A stretch of 64,000 nt of DNA, taken from the NCBI GenBank assembly GCA_963775295.1, contig CAVZIK010000006.1:1887602-1951601 (forward strand), written 5' to 3'. The notes beneath the pieces were generated by a model that saw only the letters and a program-made list of their open reading frames with translations, made no database searches and was not told the DNA's origin. A program made the translations under genes and the position numbers. The first letter of the stretch is position 1; each line of letters starts with the position of its first letter. This DNA comes from an uncultured Actinomycetes bacterium. Lineage in GTDB: Bacteria > Actinomycetota > Thermoleophilia > RBG-16-64-13. Below, piece after piece: positions 18,901 through 28,000 of the stretch.

Positions 18901-20639
18901 GGACTAGGTGTCCTATCCTCGCCCCTGGATGATGCAATTGCTGTTGCATTATAGCCATTATGCAATACAGGAGGTCGACAGGCATCCGTGAAGGCCGACA
19001 CCACCTCCACCGCCCCCCGCACTCGGTCTCTCTCTCGCTCTCCTGGCAAACCCGATTCCCCCTCCAATAATGCAAGTTCTGTTGCAATGCAATAAGTATG
19101 CATACCAACAGCCTGGTCAACGGGTGTCACCAGAGAGAGCAAAGCCTCCGCCTCAAGCTTCAGTTGAACTTTAGACTTCAGACAACGTGCGCCAGGGACG
19201 ACGTCTGGGTAGCCGGAGAGTGGTTTATCGTGACCGGCGGCGCGGCATATCAGGTGGATGGCGCGATCGGATGCCCCAGCATAATGGGCATTACAAGTCA
19301 GTACGGTGGGCAGGCGGCACTCCGCGGCCAGGTGGGTGAGGTCGAGGCAGTAGGTGAGGCAAGAGAGGCGCCAGGGCCGACCGTCGTGGTGGAACCCTAC
19401 ATCATAGTCTGAGGGATTGAGACGCTGAGGTTGACCCTCGGGAAGGTCAGGACGACCGACGTGAGAACGGGGTTTGGGAGGACGGACTGGGACAAACGTC
19501 CGCGTTGACTCGGATATTGCTGCAGACTTTGTTGCAATGCAATGTGATTGCATTTGGGCAGATGGAGGTTCGGCTGGGCGAACACCGGCGCGGGTAGGCG
19601 CGGGGTCGGCGATCAGTGCCGGGGTTGCGGACGTTGCAGTGTGCTCCACCCCGATGGTGTCCGGGGCCGGCGTAGCCCGGTGCCGAAGTCGTCCGCCCTC
19701 TGCGCGGATCTTTTCGTAAACGGGAGACCCATACTGGCCGGCGTGAGCCTCTTGGTGGGGTTCGTACCCGAAATACTGTAGTTCGACGTAAAGGTGACCA
19801 GGGCCGAAGATATCGCGCAGGTGGAGGAGGACGGCGCCGGCATCCCGGGTGCGGCCGAGGTCTGTGAGGTAGCCCAACTCTCCGTGGCGGCATCCGGTGA
19901 GGCAGATGAGACCGTTGGCATGAACGCGCAACGAGTCCACGGTGACGGTGGGCGGATGCTCCCGTTCGGGATCGGCCAGGTGTGCGGCAGAGATGATGCG
20001 GCAAAGATTGGCATAGCCCTCTCGGGTTTCGGCGAGCAGGACAAGATGGTGCGGATCATGGGGGGAGACGCCGCTTGTTGCGGCAAGGGCGTCGGACGGC
20101 GAGGGTGAATGTTCGACCTGAGGGAGCAGCGAGTCCACCCGGACCTCGGCTCCGAAAATCGGCTTGATACCGCGCTTGCTGCAGGCCTTGGCGAAACGTA
20201 CCGCGCCGTAGAGGCCGTCGTGATCTGTAAGGGCCAAGGCCGGCTGTCCCAACTCGGCCGTGCGGGACACCAACTCTTCGATGCGGCTGCCGCCGTCGAG
20301 GAACGAGAAGTTGGAGTGGACGTGCAGGTGGACAAACGGGGAAGCGCCGGTCGCTGTGTCTGCGTCGAAATCGACGGCATCGCAGGTGACGGGCAACTCG
20401 TGCAGCTTGGGCGCCCGGGTGTAGCCGAACTTGTGGACGGCGCCGTGGGCGGTAGGTCCCGGTCCGCCGATCTGGGACTTGGGACCGGGATCCGCCGGCC
20501 CTTTGGCCCAGGCCTTTTTGGGGGCGGCGTTACCGAGTTGCCGCGCATAGTCCTGACTTGGCGGGATTCTTTGCACCGGGAACCGGCTCGACTGACTGTC
20601 GGAAGGACGGCCATCGTGTGCGGTATCGCTCGCTGTCAT
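15957..20639 (-). CDS. dnaE2: Error-prone DNA polymerase DnaE2 (ImuC-like Pol III alpha homologue) with three long low-complexity insertions
   Basis: PHP domain (HLHVHSNFSFLDGG…LALTDHDGLYG), polymerase core and a C-terminal OB fold. No tau-binding C-terminal extension. 1560 aa, against ~1050-1100 aa typical. Tandem LexA boxes lie upstream. Confidence 0.85.
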   Translation of the reverse strand: MTASDTAHDGRPSDSQSSRFPVQRIPPSQDYARQLGNAAPKKAWAKGPADPGPKSQIGGPGPTAHGAVHKFGYTRAPKLHELPVTCDAVDFDADTATGASPFVHLHVHSNFSFLDGGSRIEELVSRTAELGQPALALTDHDGLYGAVRFAKACSKRGIKPIFGAEVRVDSLLPQVEHSPSPSDALAATSGVSPHDPHHLVLLAETREGYANLCRIISAAHLADPEREHPPTVTVDSLRVHANGLICLTGCRHGELGYLTDLGRTRDAGAVLLHLRDIFGPGHLYVELQYFGYEPHQEAHAGQYGSPVYEKIRAEGGRLRHRATPAPDTIGVEHTATSATPALIADPAPTRAGVRPAEPPSAQMQSHCIATKSAAISESTRTFVPVRPPKPRSHVGRPDLPEGQPQRLNPSDYDVGFHHDGRPWRLSCLTYCLDLTHLAAECRLPTVLTCNAHYAGASDRAIHLICRAAGHDKPLSGYPDVVPGARCLKSKVQLKLEAEALLSLVTPVDQAVGMHTYCIATELALLEGESGLPGERERDRVRGAVEVVSAFTDACRPPVLHNGYNATAIASSRGEDRTPSPGLSGTLLTSRVTVGSGAPAKRNPGMAASADPSPLDAAWHIAQRCTVDLELDTYHFPKVDVPVGETAYSLLAKRCFRGVPRKYKPVPPRAVELLEKELCMIQQMEFAHYFLVVHDIVRWARTQGIACSGRGSAGNSIVCHALDITASEPIRHNLLFERFLNPNRREMPDIDVDFCSSRRDEVIDHIYKTFGSENVAVVANVNTMSPRSAVRVVAEALGFAPTEINALAKHVPRHGDAARMREYLGGAWPELKDSPLQDESRWGRFLDLVERLDSFPMHLGTHLGGFVIADREIPFYAPLQWAAKGVVVLQFNKDDVAALGLVKMDILGLRTHSAVSECVHIIRQRTGRRIRPYELPPDDPAAYEIISNGGSIGLFQLESAGQRNLASRLQERDFDDIIAAIALYRPGPLEAEMIGPFIDRRWGIEPVVLPHPAMAEALGDTYGVILYQEQVLRVAQLVAGFDLADADSLRRAMTRDRSREEMAKIGETFISRAVERGVPENAAREVFRQLEGFAAYGFNKSHSVCFAVISYATAYLKAYYPAEFLCAVLNNYPMGFYTPRTVLNDARRFGLEVRSMDINLSGRGFTVEGDTPPEVSSEPGLLGAGAAGGLPGSEAQADETATHTGGAAGPYDPFAQVWNAERNWGLTESDLAELGAEQEGELAYAEALRAAPEQRWAGAPVPPREAPLLPGDLLLPRAPRARGGVEPGACLAPSCGIAPDAGRALRVGFSYLKQMGERSLDRIEKERRHGPFTSFEDFYLRTRIDYPVAENLIRVGAFDSLEPDRTELLWRLPLLHDRLEALAGSSGQRRGQLRAFFSPPSRAGLERQWSLEDKVRSELELMGLTVSAHPLELYEEELRSMGVRMSYELPAMGDEVPVSVAGVYERAQNPWMRSGKRTMFLTLEDAYGLFECVCFESKLAKIAPVVARASYFLVRGRLQNNHKRGLAIVAEEVLDLEVVLARRRARRAPGAGTTAIPKKVG

Positions 20640-20701
20640 AGCAATGAACGTTGCATTATTAATAAGATGAAATTGAACCGGTCAAAATCTGGCTCGCTCT
20701 C

Positions 20702-20748
20702 TGAACGTATGTTCGTGGAGCACGGAGTATATACGAACAAATGTTCGG
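20702..20748. promoter_or_regulatory. Two Cheo-type LexA/SOS boxes (cTGAACgtatGTTCGt at 20702-20716; aCGAACaaatGTTCGg at 20734-20748). They lie upstream of dnaE2 and within the GGDEF-gene upstream region.
   Basis: Matches the Gram-positive / actinobacterial SOS-box consensus GAAC-N4-GTTC (TCGAAC-N4-GTTCGA). A sigma70-like TTGACC-N17-TTAATA lies just downstream on the minus strand. Confidence 0.6.
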
Positions 20749-20848
20749 ATGACAAGAGCGGTTTTTCGAGGGAAAACGGGGTCGCGACTACTATCGTTTT
20801 GGTTCGGGTAGAAACAAGATCGCAAGAGTCAAATGGTGGGGGTTGAAA

Positions 20849-22723
20849 ATGACCCAAGCACCCTCGGGCCGGTCCATGGCCAACGACGAACGCACGATGT
20901 TCAAAGTGCGGATTCCTCCCGACCTGTCTCGCGTGCGGGACGCACGTCTGCTCATGGAGCAGGTGGCCTCGTTGACCGACATCGACACTCGGCGTCTCTT
21001 CGATCTGCAGGTGGTCGTATCTGAGGCATGCGTGAATGCGATCGAGCACGCGGGCACGGAGGTGGATGTGGTCGCCTGGGTTCTCTCGGATCGAATCGTG
21101 ATCGAGATCTCTAGCGAGAGTTCTTTTCAAACGCGGGTCTTCTCGGACGATCACTCTCAGCGAGCCGGGGTTGGACTGCCTCTGATGGCGGCTCTGGCCG
21201 ATCAAGTCCAGGTATCGCGCTTGAGCGGCGCGCTTACCCGAGTGTCACTTACCTTCCTGCTCGAGCCCGAGATCGAGGGCGACCGTGTCTCGGTCGAGGA
21301 GAGTCCGTCCCAGCCCCCGAGGAGATGTGAGCTTTTGGAGGACCCCCACGTGCATGCCGTGGTCCTGACCCCGGGCGAGATAAGGGAGAAGAATCGCTTG
21401 GAGCGGGAACTGACCCGACGGGCTTTCCACGATCCACTCACCGGACTTGCCAACCGCGGGTACCTCTTCGAGCGGGGCGAGGAAGTGCTGCGCGGAATCG
21501 GGCAAGGGGGTCGTTCGGTGGCGGTCCTTCTGCTCGATGTAGACCGCTTCAAGGAGGTGAACGATACCCTGGGCCACGAGGCCGGCGATCGGTTGCTGGC
21601 GACTGTTGGCGCGCGTTTGCGGAGTCTGCTCAGGCCGAAGGATATAGCGGCCAGGTTGGGTGGAGATGAATTCGTCCTCCTTATCGAGGACGGTACCAAG
21701 ACTTTGGAGGTCGGGAGACTTGCCGAACGGATTCTCAGCCGTCTTCGCGAACCTTATGACCTATCACCCGGCGAACTGCGGGCCACGTTCTCCATGGGCG
21801 TCGCCGTCTCGGGTTCTTCGTCATCCACGCTTTCCGAGTTGCTTCGCGAGGCCGACATCGCTCTCTACAGCGTGAAGTCCGAGCGGAGGGACGGCTGGAA
21901 GCTCTTTGAGACCGGAATGTTGGAGGCCGAACGGGCCAAGAGAGAGTCGGAAGGGGAGTTGCGGCGCGCTCTGGAATCGGACGCGATTGTCACGCATTTC
22001 CAGCCGGTTCTGTCGACCGACTATGGCACGATTGTGGGTTTCGAGGCTCTGGTGCGCTGGAACAAACCCGAGGGTCGCCAGTTGCTGCCAGAGAACTTCC
22101 TCGGCCTTGCGGAGGAATCGGGGCTGATCGTGCCGCTTGGCTACGAACTGCTCGAGCGGTCCTGCATCCATCTTCGCGACTGGGATGCCCGCCATCCACG
22201 GGACGGCCTCAAGCTGATGGTGAACCTTTCGTCGCGTCAACTGAGAGAGCGGGACTTGGTCGATAGGGTGGAAGCTGCGTTGACCGCGGCTGGCGTCAGT
22301 CCCGATAGACTGGTGCTCGAGATCGTCGAGGACGTTCTGGCGGACGGCAGTCTCGGGGCACTGGAGAATGTCGACGCGCTCAGGACTCGCGGAGTGAAAG
22401 TGGCCCTGGACGATTTTGGGACGGGGAGTTCGTCGATAACGGGTCTCAAGGAGTACCCCATCGACATTCTCAAACTCGCTCCTCACTTAGTGGAGGCCGC
22501 TGTCGCTACGGAAGAAGGGGCTTTGCTGGTCGCCGCGGTCGTGGGTCTGGCCGGATCTGCCGGTCTGCAGGTCGTTGGGGAGGGGGTGGAGAAGAGCGCG
22601 CAATTGGAAAAACTCAGACTTCTTGGATGTGAGATGTGGCAGGGCAGATATTTCTCCCCGCCTGTCCCTCCGGCCGAAGTTCCAGGCCTGCTTCAGCAGT
22701 CGGTTCGTGGGCACAACTGGTGA
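20849..22723 (+). CDS. Signalling protein: an N-terminal RsbW-like HATPase (anti-sigma-factor kinase-like) domain fused to GGDEF and EAL domains
   Basis: EACVNAIEHAG…VIEISSES is an HATPase_c_2-like motif. RLGGDEF is the GGDEF motif. EALVRW plus DDFGTG is the EAL motif. A GGTGGGGG RBS precedes the ATG at 20849, with an alternative TTG at 20843. Confidence 0.85.
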   Translation: MTQAPSGRSMANDERTMFKVRIPPDLSRVRDARLLMEQVASLTDIDTRRLFDLQVVVSEACVNAIEHAGTEVDVVAWVLSDRIVIEISSESSFQTRVFSDDHSQRAGVGLPLMAALADQVQVSRLSGALTRVSLTFLLEPEIEGDRVSVEESPSQPPRRCELLEDPHVHAVVLTPGEIREKNRLERELTRRAFHDPLTGLANRGYLFERGEEVLRGIGQGGRSVAVLLLDVDRFKEVNDTLGHEAGDRLLATVGARLRSLLRPKDIAARLGGDEFVLLIEDGTKTLEVGRLAERILSRLREPYDLSPGELRATFSMGVAVSGSSSSTLSELLREADIALYSVKSERRDGWKLFETGMLEAERAKRESEGELRRALESDAIVTHFQPVLSTDYGTIVGFEALVRWNKPEGRQLLPENFLGLAEESGLIVPLGYELLERSCIHLRDWDARHPRDGLKLMVNLSSRQLRERDLVDRVEAALTAAGVSPDRLVLEIVEDVLADGSLGALENVDALRTRGVKVALDDFGTGSSSITGLKEYPIDILKLAPHLVEAAVATEEGALLVAAVVGLAGSAGLQVVGEGVEKSAQLEKLRLLGCEMWQGRYFSPPVPPAEVPGLLQQSVRGHNW

Positions 22724-22755
22724 GCCGCTCTGACCGCCTGGGGCGGCGACAGCGG

Positions 22756-22989
22756 CTACCAGTCGTGTGCCTCCGTATTGAGGCGATCGAGTAGGTCCTC
22801 TCGTTCCGTCTGATCGAGAGCGTTGAGCCAGTCGACTACCTCCGAACTCTTGCACTCGGGACCGTAGCCGCCGCACATCTCGTCGTTGATGACCTCAGGA
22901 ACCCTCAGAAGTTGAGTGGCGCTCCACGGCCCGTTGGAGATCATCTCCAGGGCTTCCTTCACTATCATCTCGTATTGACCCAAGGCCAT
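22756..22989 (-). CDS. Small acidic hypothetical protein (77 aa)
   Basis: An AAGGAGAG RBS lies 12 nt upstream of the ATG. Codon usage looks coding-like. I recognise no domain. Confidence 0.5.
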   Translation of the reverse strand: MALGQYEMIVKEALEMISNGPWSATQLLRVPEVINDEMCGGYGPECKSSEVVDWLNALDQTEREDLLDRLNTEAHDW

Positions 22990-23109
22990 GACGACTCACT
23001 TTCTCTCCTTGACGCAGGAGAATGAACTCGGCGGAGGACAGGTACTGCAAGGTATGTTCACATTCCGCGCGATTCTTGAACCCGAAGTATGCCCACCGGG
23101 GAAGGCGGA

Positions 23110-23480
23110 GGTGAAACGGATATCCTCACGGTCCGATGGCCGGCTTGGCGTACACGGTCTCGAATGCGCTCCTAAACACCCGGTTGGTGGCATGCAGCTC
23201 GTCGTCATTCCAGCGGGGGTCGGGGGCGCCGTTGATGTACCAGCTCCCGTTATTCATCAGGGTAGAGGGTGGCGGGGTCGTTGGGACCGGCATCGCTGAA
23301 GGGTGGGATGGACCCTTCGGTCACCTTCAGGCCGAGCACTCCGCAGATGATCTTGGCGAATTGGGCCCGCATGACCGGTGTGCTCGGTTTGAAAAGCAAC
23401 GAGCCATCCTCGAGGTGCCCTCCGACGACGCCCGAACGATTGGGTCTGCGCCCCGGCCGGGGCCTCCCTCGGGGTCTGCG
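23110..23480 (-). pseudogene. Frameshifted remnant carrying S-layer-homology (SLH) motifs
   Basis: Two adjacent reading frames give DGSLLFKPSTPVMRAQFAKIICGVLGL… and …FSDAGPNDPATLYPDE / …NNGSWYINGAPDPRW…. These match the SLH consensus (DGTFRPNxPITRAEFAKML). There is no intact ORF. Confidence 0.3.
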
Positions 23481-23759
23481 CAACCGCGCCCATCGTGAAA
23501 CACAGCAGAGGAGGGTGCCGAACACCGCCGCAGGTAGAAAAGCTTTTCTGATTATGGACCCGCGCTCCAATACTCGTAACCGTTCCACGTCCAGTTCCCC
23601 GTCCCATGACGGAAAACGCGGTATTTGCCCCTTCTAAGACGTCGGGCCTCGGGGACGTGCAGGCGGACCCCGACCCGCTTTACCGGCGCCCTTGCGTTGA
23701 GTACGATGGGTGCGCTATCACGCGATTGAGGGTAATCACACCCTGACTGGAGGACCGTC

Positions 23760-23993
23760 ATGGAGAAGATAGACATAGGTCCGCAGGGGTTTCTCTACCC
23801 TATGCCGGTCACGCTCGTGGGCGCCGACCTCCCGGCCGGCCCCAACTTCATGACCGTTGCCTGGGTTACCCGTTGTCAGTTCAATCCACTCCGGCTGAGG
23901 CCGCTTGTGCTGACCATGCCGGACAATCGGTATTGGTCGGTAGGGGACCATATCGCCGATGCCTGGAGCGCAGGGCGAGGAGGGAGCCAATGA
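23760..23993 (+). pseudogene. Truncated N-terminal fragment of a flavin-reductase-like (flavoredoxin family) gene
   Basis: MEKIDIGPQGFLYPMPVTLVGA…PNFMTVAWV… matches the start of flavoredoxin-type FMN-binding domains. It degenerates and stops after 77 aa, and it overlaps the agmatinase-family gene in another frame. Confidence 0.35.
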
Positions 23994-24997
23994 GCGTGCC
24001 GATACCCCCTGCAGGCATCGGGACGTTCTTGAGGTCGCCCCATGTCGTCCGACCCACGGCCGCCGACGGAGACGTGGCCGTCATCGGCGTCCCTTACGAT
24101 GAGGGGACGACGGCGCGCGCGGGCACCCGGGAGGGGCCGCGCGCGCTCCGGTCTGTCTCCGCCAACTGGGCCTACCGACATGGCACTGAGCCGTTTTGGG
24201 ACGGCGAGGCGGGAGTCTCTCTCCTTGGCGGGGTGCGCTTCGTAGACACGGGAGACGTGAAACTTCCGCCCATGGCTCCTCCGGACTTAGGACGCTCGCT
24301 GATCGCCGGCCGGGTGGCGGCTGTCGTCGAAGCCGGTCTGTTTCCCGTCATCCTCGGCGGCGACCACTCCATTACCTATCCGGTGCTGCAGGGCGTGATT
24401 CAGGCCCGGGCTGCAATTGCGGCCGCAGACGTGACCCCGGCCGGAACTCAGGTCCTTGCCAGGTCGACCGCTGGGCTGAACCTGGTGCACTTCGACACGC
24501 ACATGGACTATTGGGACTGCATTAGCGGTCAGTGCTTCACACACGCTAGTCCCATCATCCGCGCCCACGAAGCCGGATTGGTGAGCGGCATAACTCAGTA
24601 CGGCATACGCGGGCTGCACACGGAGGCCGACAACGTCGAGCTTGCCCGGGAGCGCGGCGTGGTCAGCTTCTGGTGCCAACAGGCCAAGCGCGAGCCCGCG
24701 GAAAGACTGGTGGCCCATCTTGAGCTGGGTGCGGACACCTGGATCACCTTCGACATCGACTGTCTCGATCCCGCGATCGCGCCCGGCACGGGAACGCCCG
24801 AACCAGGTGGTTTCACGTACTACGAGGCAAAGGCGCTGCTACTAGCCTTGGCGAACAGAGTAAACGTGATCGGCTTCGATCTGGTCGAGGTCAACCCGTT
24901 GTACGACCCGGGAGAGTTGGCGGCGCTGCACGGGGCCCGGTTGATTCTGGACCTCGTGGGCGCGGTAATGCGGTCTGCCGCGCGGGCGTCTGGGTAG
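23991..24997 (+). CDS. Arginase/agmatinase/formiminoglutamase-family ureohydrolase
   Basis: ILGGDHSITYP, DTHMDYWD and TFDIDCLDPAIAPGTGTPEPGG match the binuclear-Mn ureohydrolase motifs. The ORF track starts at 23873. The ATG at 23991 (MSVPIPPAG) is preferred. Confidence 0.85.
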
Positions 24998-25002
24998 CGC
25001 TG

Positions 25003-28000
25003 CTAAGCGGCATCCTCCGGGCTGGGAGCGAAGCCCCGCCGTATGGTGTTCTCGGTGATCGTGCGGGGTTCCATGAACTGGAGTAGGTAGTCCGGTCCTC
25101 CCGCCTTGGAGCCCACCCCGCTCATGCGCGACCCGCCGAAAGGTTGTCTTCCAACCATGGCGCCTGTGACAGGTCGGTTGATGTAGAGATTGCCCACTCG
25201 ATATTCGCGGACAGCGCGACGGATGTGGGTGGGATTGCGGGAGTAGAGACCGCCGGTGAGTCCGTACCGGACCTGCAGGGCCATCTCGAGCGCTTGGCCG
25301 AATTTTTGCGCCCTGAGCACTACCAGAACCGGTCCGAAGATCTCCTCCTGGGCGATAGTCGATTCCGGCTCGGCGTCGACGAAGATGTGGGGCATGACGA
25401 AGTATCCAGCTGCAGGACGGGGCGCTTCGGGAGCGTCGGCCGTGGGGGTCGGCGTGTCGCCTGCGGTCTGCTCTGCCGCCGCCTCGGCTGCCGACGGCGG
25501 GGTCGGTCCGTCGGTTTCCACATCGGCCGCGGGAGCGACGTCGGCTACTATCGCCTCCACCAGGGTGGAGGTCCGGATGTCCGCCGACGCGCCCTCTACA
25601 GGAAGTACAAGGTGGGCCTCCAGCTTGCCTTTGCCGATGTAGGAAAGGATCTTGTCCCGGGCGCTTTCGCCGATGACCGGTCCCACGCGTACGGCCGGGT
25701 CCGCCGGGTCGCCGACGATGAGGCTCGCGGCCGCCTGAGTGAGACGACGGACGAACTGGTCATGGATGCTTTCGAGCACGATGACCCTGCTGCACGCGGA
25801 GCACTTCTGCCCGGCATAGTTGAAGGCCGAGGTGAGGACCCCTTCGACTGCCGCGTCGAGATCGGCGTCGGTGTCGACGATGATGGCGTTCTTTCCGCCC
25901 ATCTCGGCGATGACCCGCTTGATGTTGCGCTGTCCCGGTCCCACGACGGCAGCCTGGCGCATGATGGAAAGTCCTACGTCGAGACTGCCTGTGAAGGGGA
26001 TGAGATCCACTCTCGGGTCTGCGGCAAGGTAGTCGCCGATCTTGCCGCCCGCTCCGGGCAGGAAATTGAGCGCACCGCCGGGCACGCCGGCTTCGTGAAG
26101 GATGCTCACCAGGGCATAGCCGAGCACAGGCGTGGCGCTGGCCGGCTTGAACACCACCGTGTTGCCGGACACCAGAGCGGCCGAAACCATGCCTGTAGGT
26201 ATGGCCAGGGGAAAGTTCCACGGGGCTATGACCGCCGCCACGCCACGCGGCTCATATAGGTAGAGGTCCTCCTCGCCGGGCACGTCGCTGAGGTCCCTTA
26301 TCGTCGAGTGGCGGATCATCTCGCGCCCGTAGTAGTCCATGAAATCTATGGCCTCGCTGACGTCGGCATCGGCTTCGCGCCAGGGCTTGCCGGCCTCTAC
26401 CACTTCCAAAGCGGCCAGTTCGAAGCGGCGTCTGCGCATGAGCGAGGCGGCTTGAAAAAGGATGTCGGCGCGATCTGAGGCCGGGGTGTCTCTCCACGCC
26501 GGAAATGCGGCCCGAGCCGCGGCCAGCGCCTTATCGGCATGTTCCTCTGTCGCGGTGGCAACCGAGCCCACGATCTCATCGGGCCGCGCGGGGTTCACTG
26601 AGTTGATCCGCGTTTCGGTCTGCACGTTTGCCCCGTCGATGACCAGCGCGTATTCCCGCCCCAGACTGCCGCGAATGGTCGCAAGCGCCTTTTCCATGAT
26701 GGTCCGATTCTCGAGATGGGAGAAGTCGGTGTGGGGCTCGTTCTGGAACGGCCTCAGACCCTGCCGTTGCGGCGTGGCGGCGCCCGTGGACAACCGCTCG
26801 GCTGGTGCGGCTTCCTCGGCCGGGAGTCCATCGGGTGAACCGTCGGTTGTAGGAGGTTCGAGCAACTGCCGCGGGTCAAGGTGCTGCGCGAAGGTCAGCC
26901 GCAGGAACGATTCGTTCGACGTGTTCTCCAACAGCCGGCGTACGAGGTATGCCATTCCAGGGATCAATTCGCCTATCGGGATGTATTCGCGCACTCGATA
27001 ACGCTGGGAGATTGCCGCTTTCCGGATGGGTTCCGCCATGCCGTGGAGCATCTGTAGCTCGACCGACCGGGGGGCAAGTCCCGTTGCCTCTGCCGTTGCG
27101 AGGGCGGTGGCGATACTGCGGATATTATGCGTCCCGAGAGCCGGGCGTGTGAGTTCGCTGTTCTCGATGAGGATCTTCGCCAGCAGCTCGAATTGGGCGT
27201 CCGTCTCCGCTTTACGGGAGAACACGGGCACCGGCCAGTGCTCCTGACGAGCGGCCGTGGTCTCGTAGTCCCAATAGGCGCCTTTGACCAGGCGGACCGT
27301 TATTGGAGTGCCGCGCCGGCCGGCAAGGTCCACGAGGCTCTGCACATCGTGGGCGCTGTCTCGAAGGTAGGCCTGTACGGTAATGCCGAGGTGTGGGTAG
27401 GAGGCAAGTTCCGGGTCCAGGGCAAGGTCGGAAAAGACCGCGAAGGTGAGGTCTCGGTAGGCAAAGCGCTCGAGGTCGAGGCCCACAAAGACTCCTTGCT
27501 CACGGGCCTTGATAAAGAGGGGTTTGAGAACGGCAACCACGGCGCGGCGCGATCCTTCGAAGTCGACCGGGTCTATCTGCGAGTAGAGCGACGTGATTTT
27601 CAGGGAAAGGTTGACCCGTGGGATCTCTCCCCAAGGGGCTTCGTCGAGAAATGGATCCGGCGACCAGCGGGCCGTTTTGGGAGGGAGGGTCTCGAGGACG
27701 TCGAAATACCGGCGAACGTACTCTTGGGCTTCCATTTCGCTGAGACAAGCCTCGCCCAGAATGTCCAAGGTAAACGAGGTGTGCTGGTGGCGGAGCCGCT
27801 TCAGTTCCTGGAAGACCTCGCCGGCGTCCCGTCCGGCGATGAGGCCTTTCGCCATACGCTGCATCGTTCGCTCGGTGAGGCGGGCCACGGCCCACGACGG
27901 TAGGCGCCGCCCGCCGTCAGGACCGACCAGACGGTCCAGAGGACGGGGGAGTTCTCCGCGGTCAGCCAGGTAGGCCCGGAGGTGCCGGACCAGATCACCC

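Noticed and set aside
15957-20639. Considered whether the extra ~450 aa in DnaE2 are inteins
   Set aside because: No Cys/Ser-initiated block A, no terminal His-Asn followed by Cys/Ser/Thr, and no homing endonuclease motifs. The extra sequence is split into three separate low-complexity stretches between conserved polymerase blocks, not one excisable unit.
23250-23588. 112-aa minus-strand ORF (MERLRVLERG…)
   Set aside because: Only its C-terminal third matches SLH motifs. The N-terminal part is Arg/Pro-rich frame noise. It is interpreted as part of a frameshifted SLH pseudogene, not an intact CDS.
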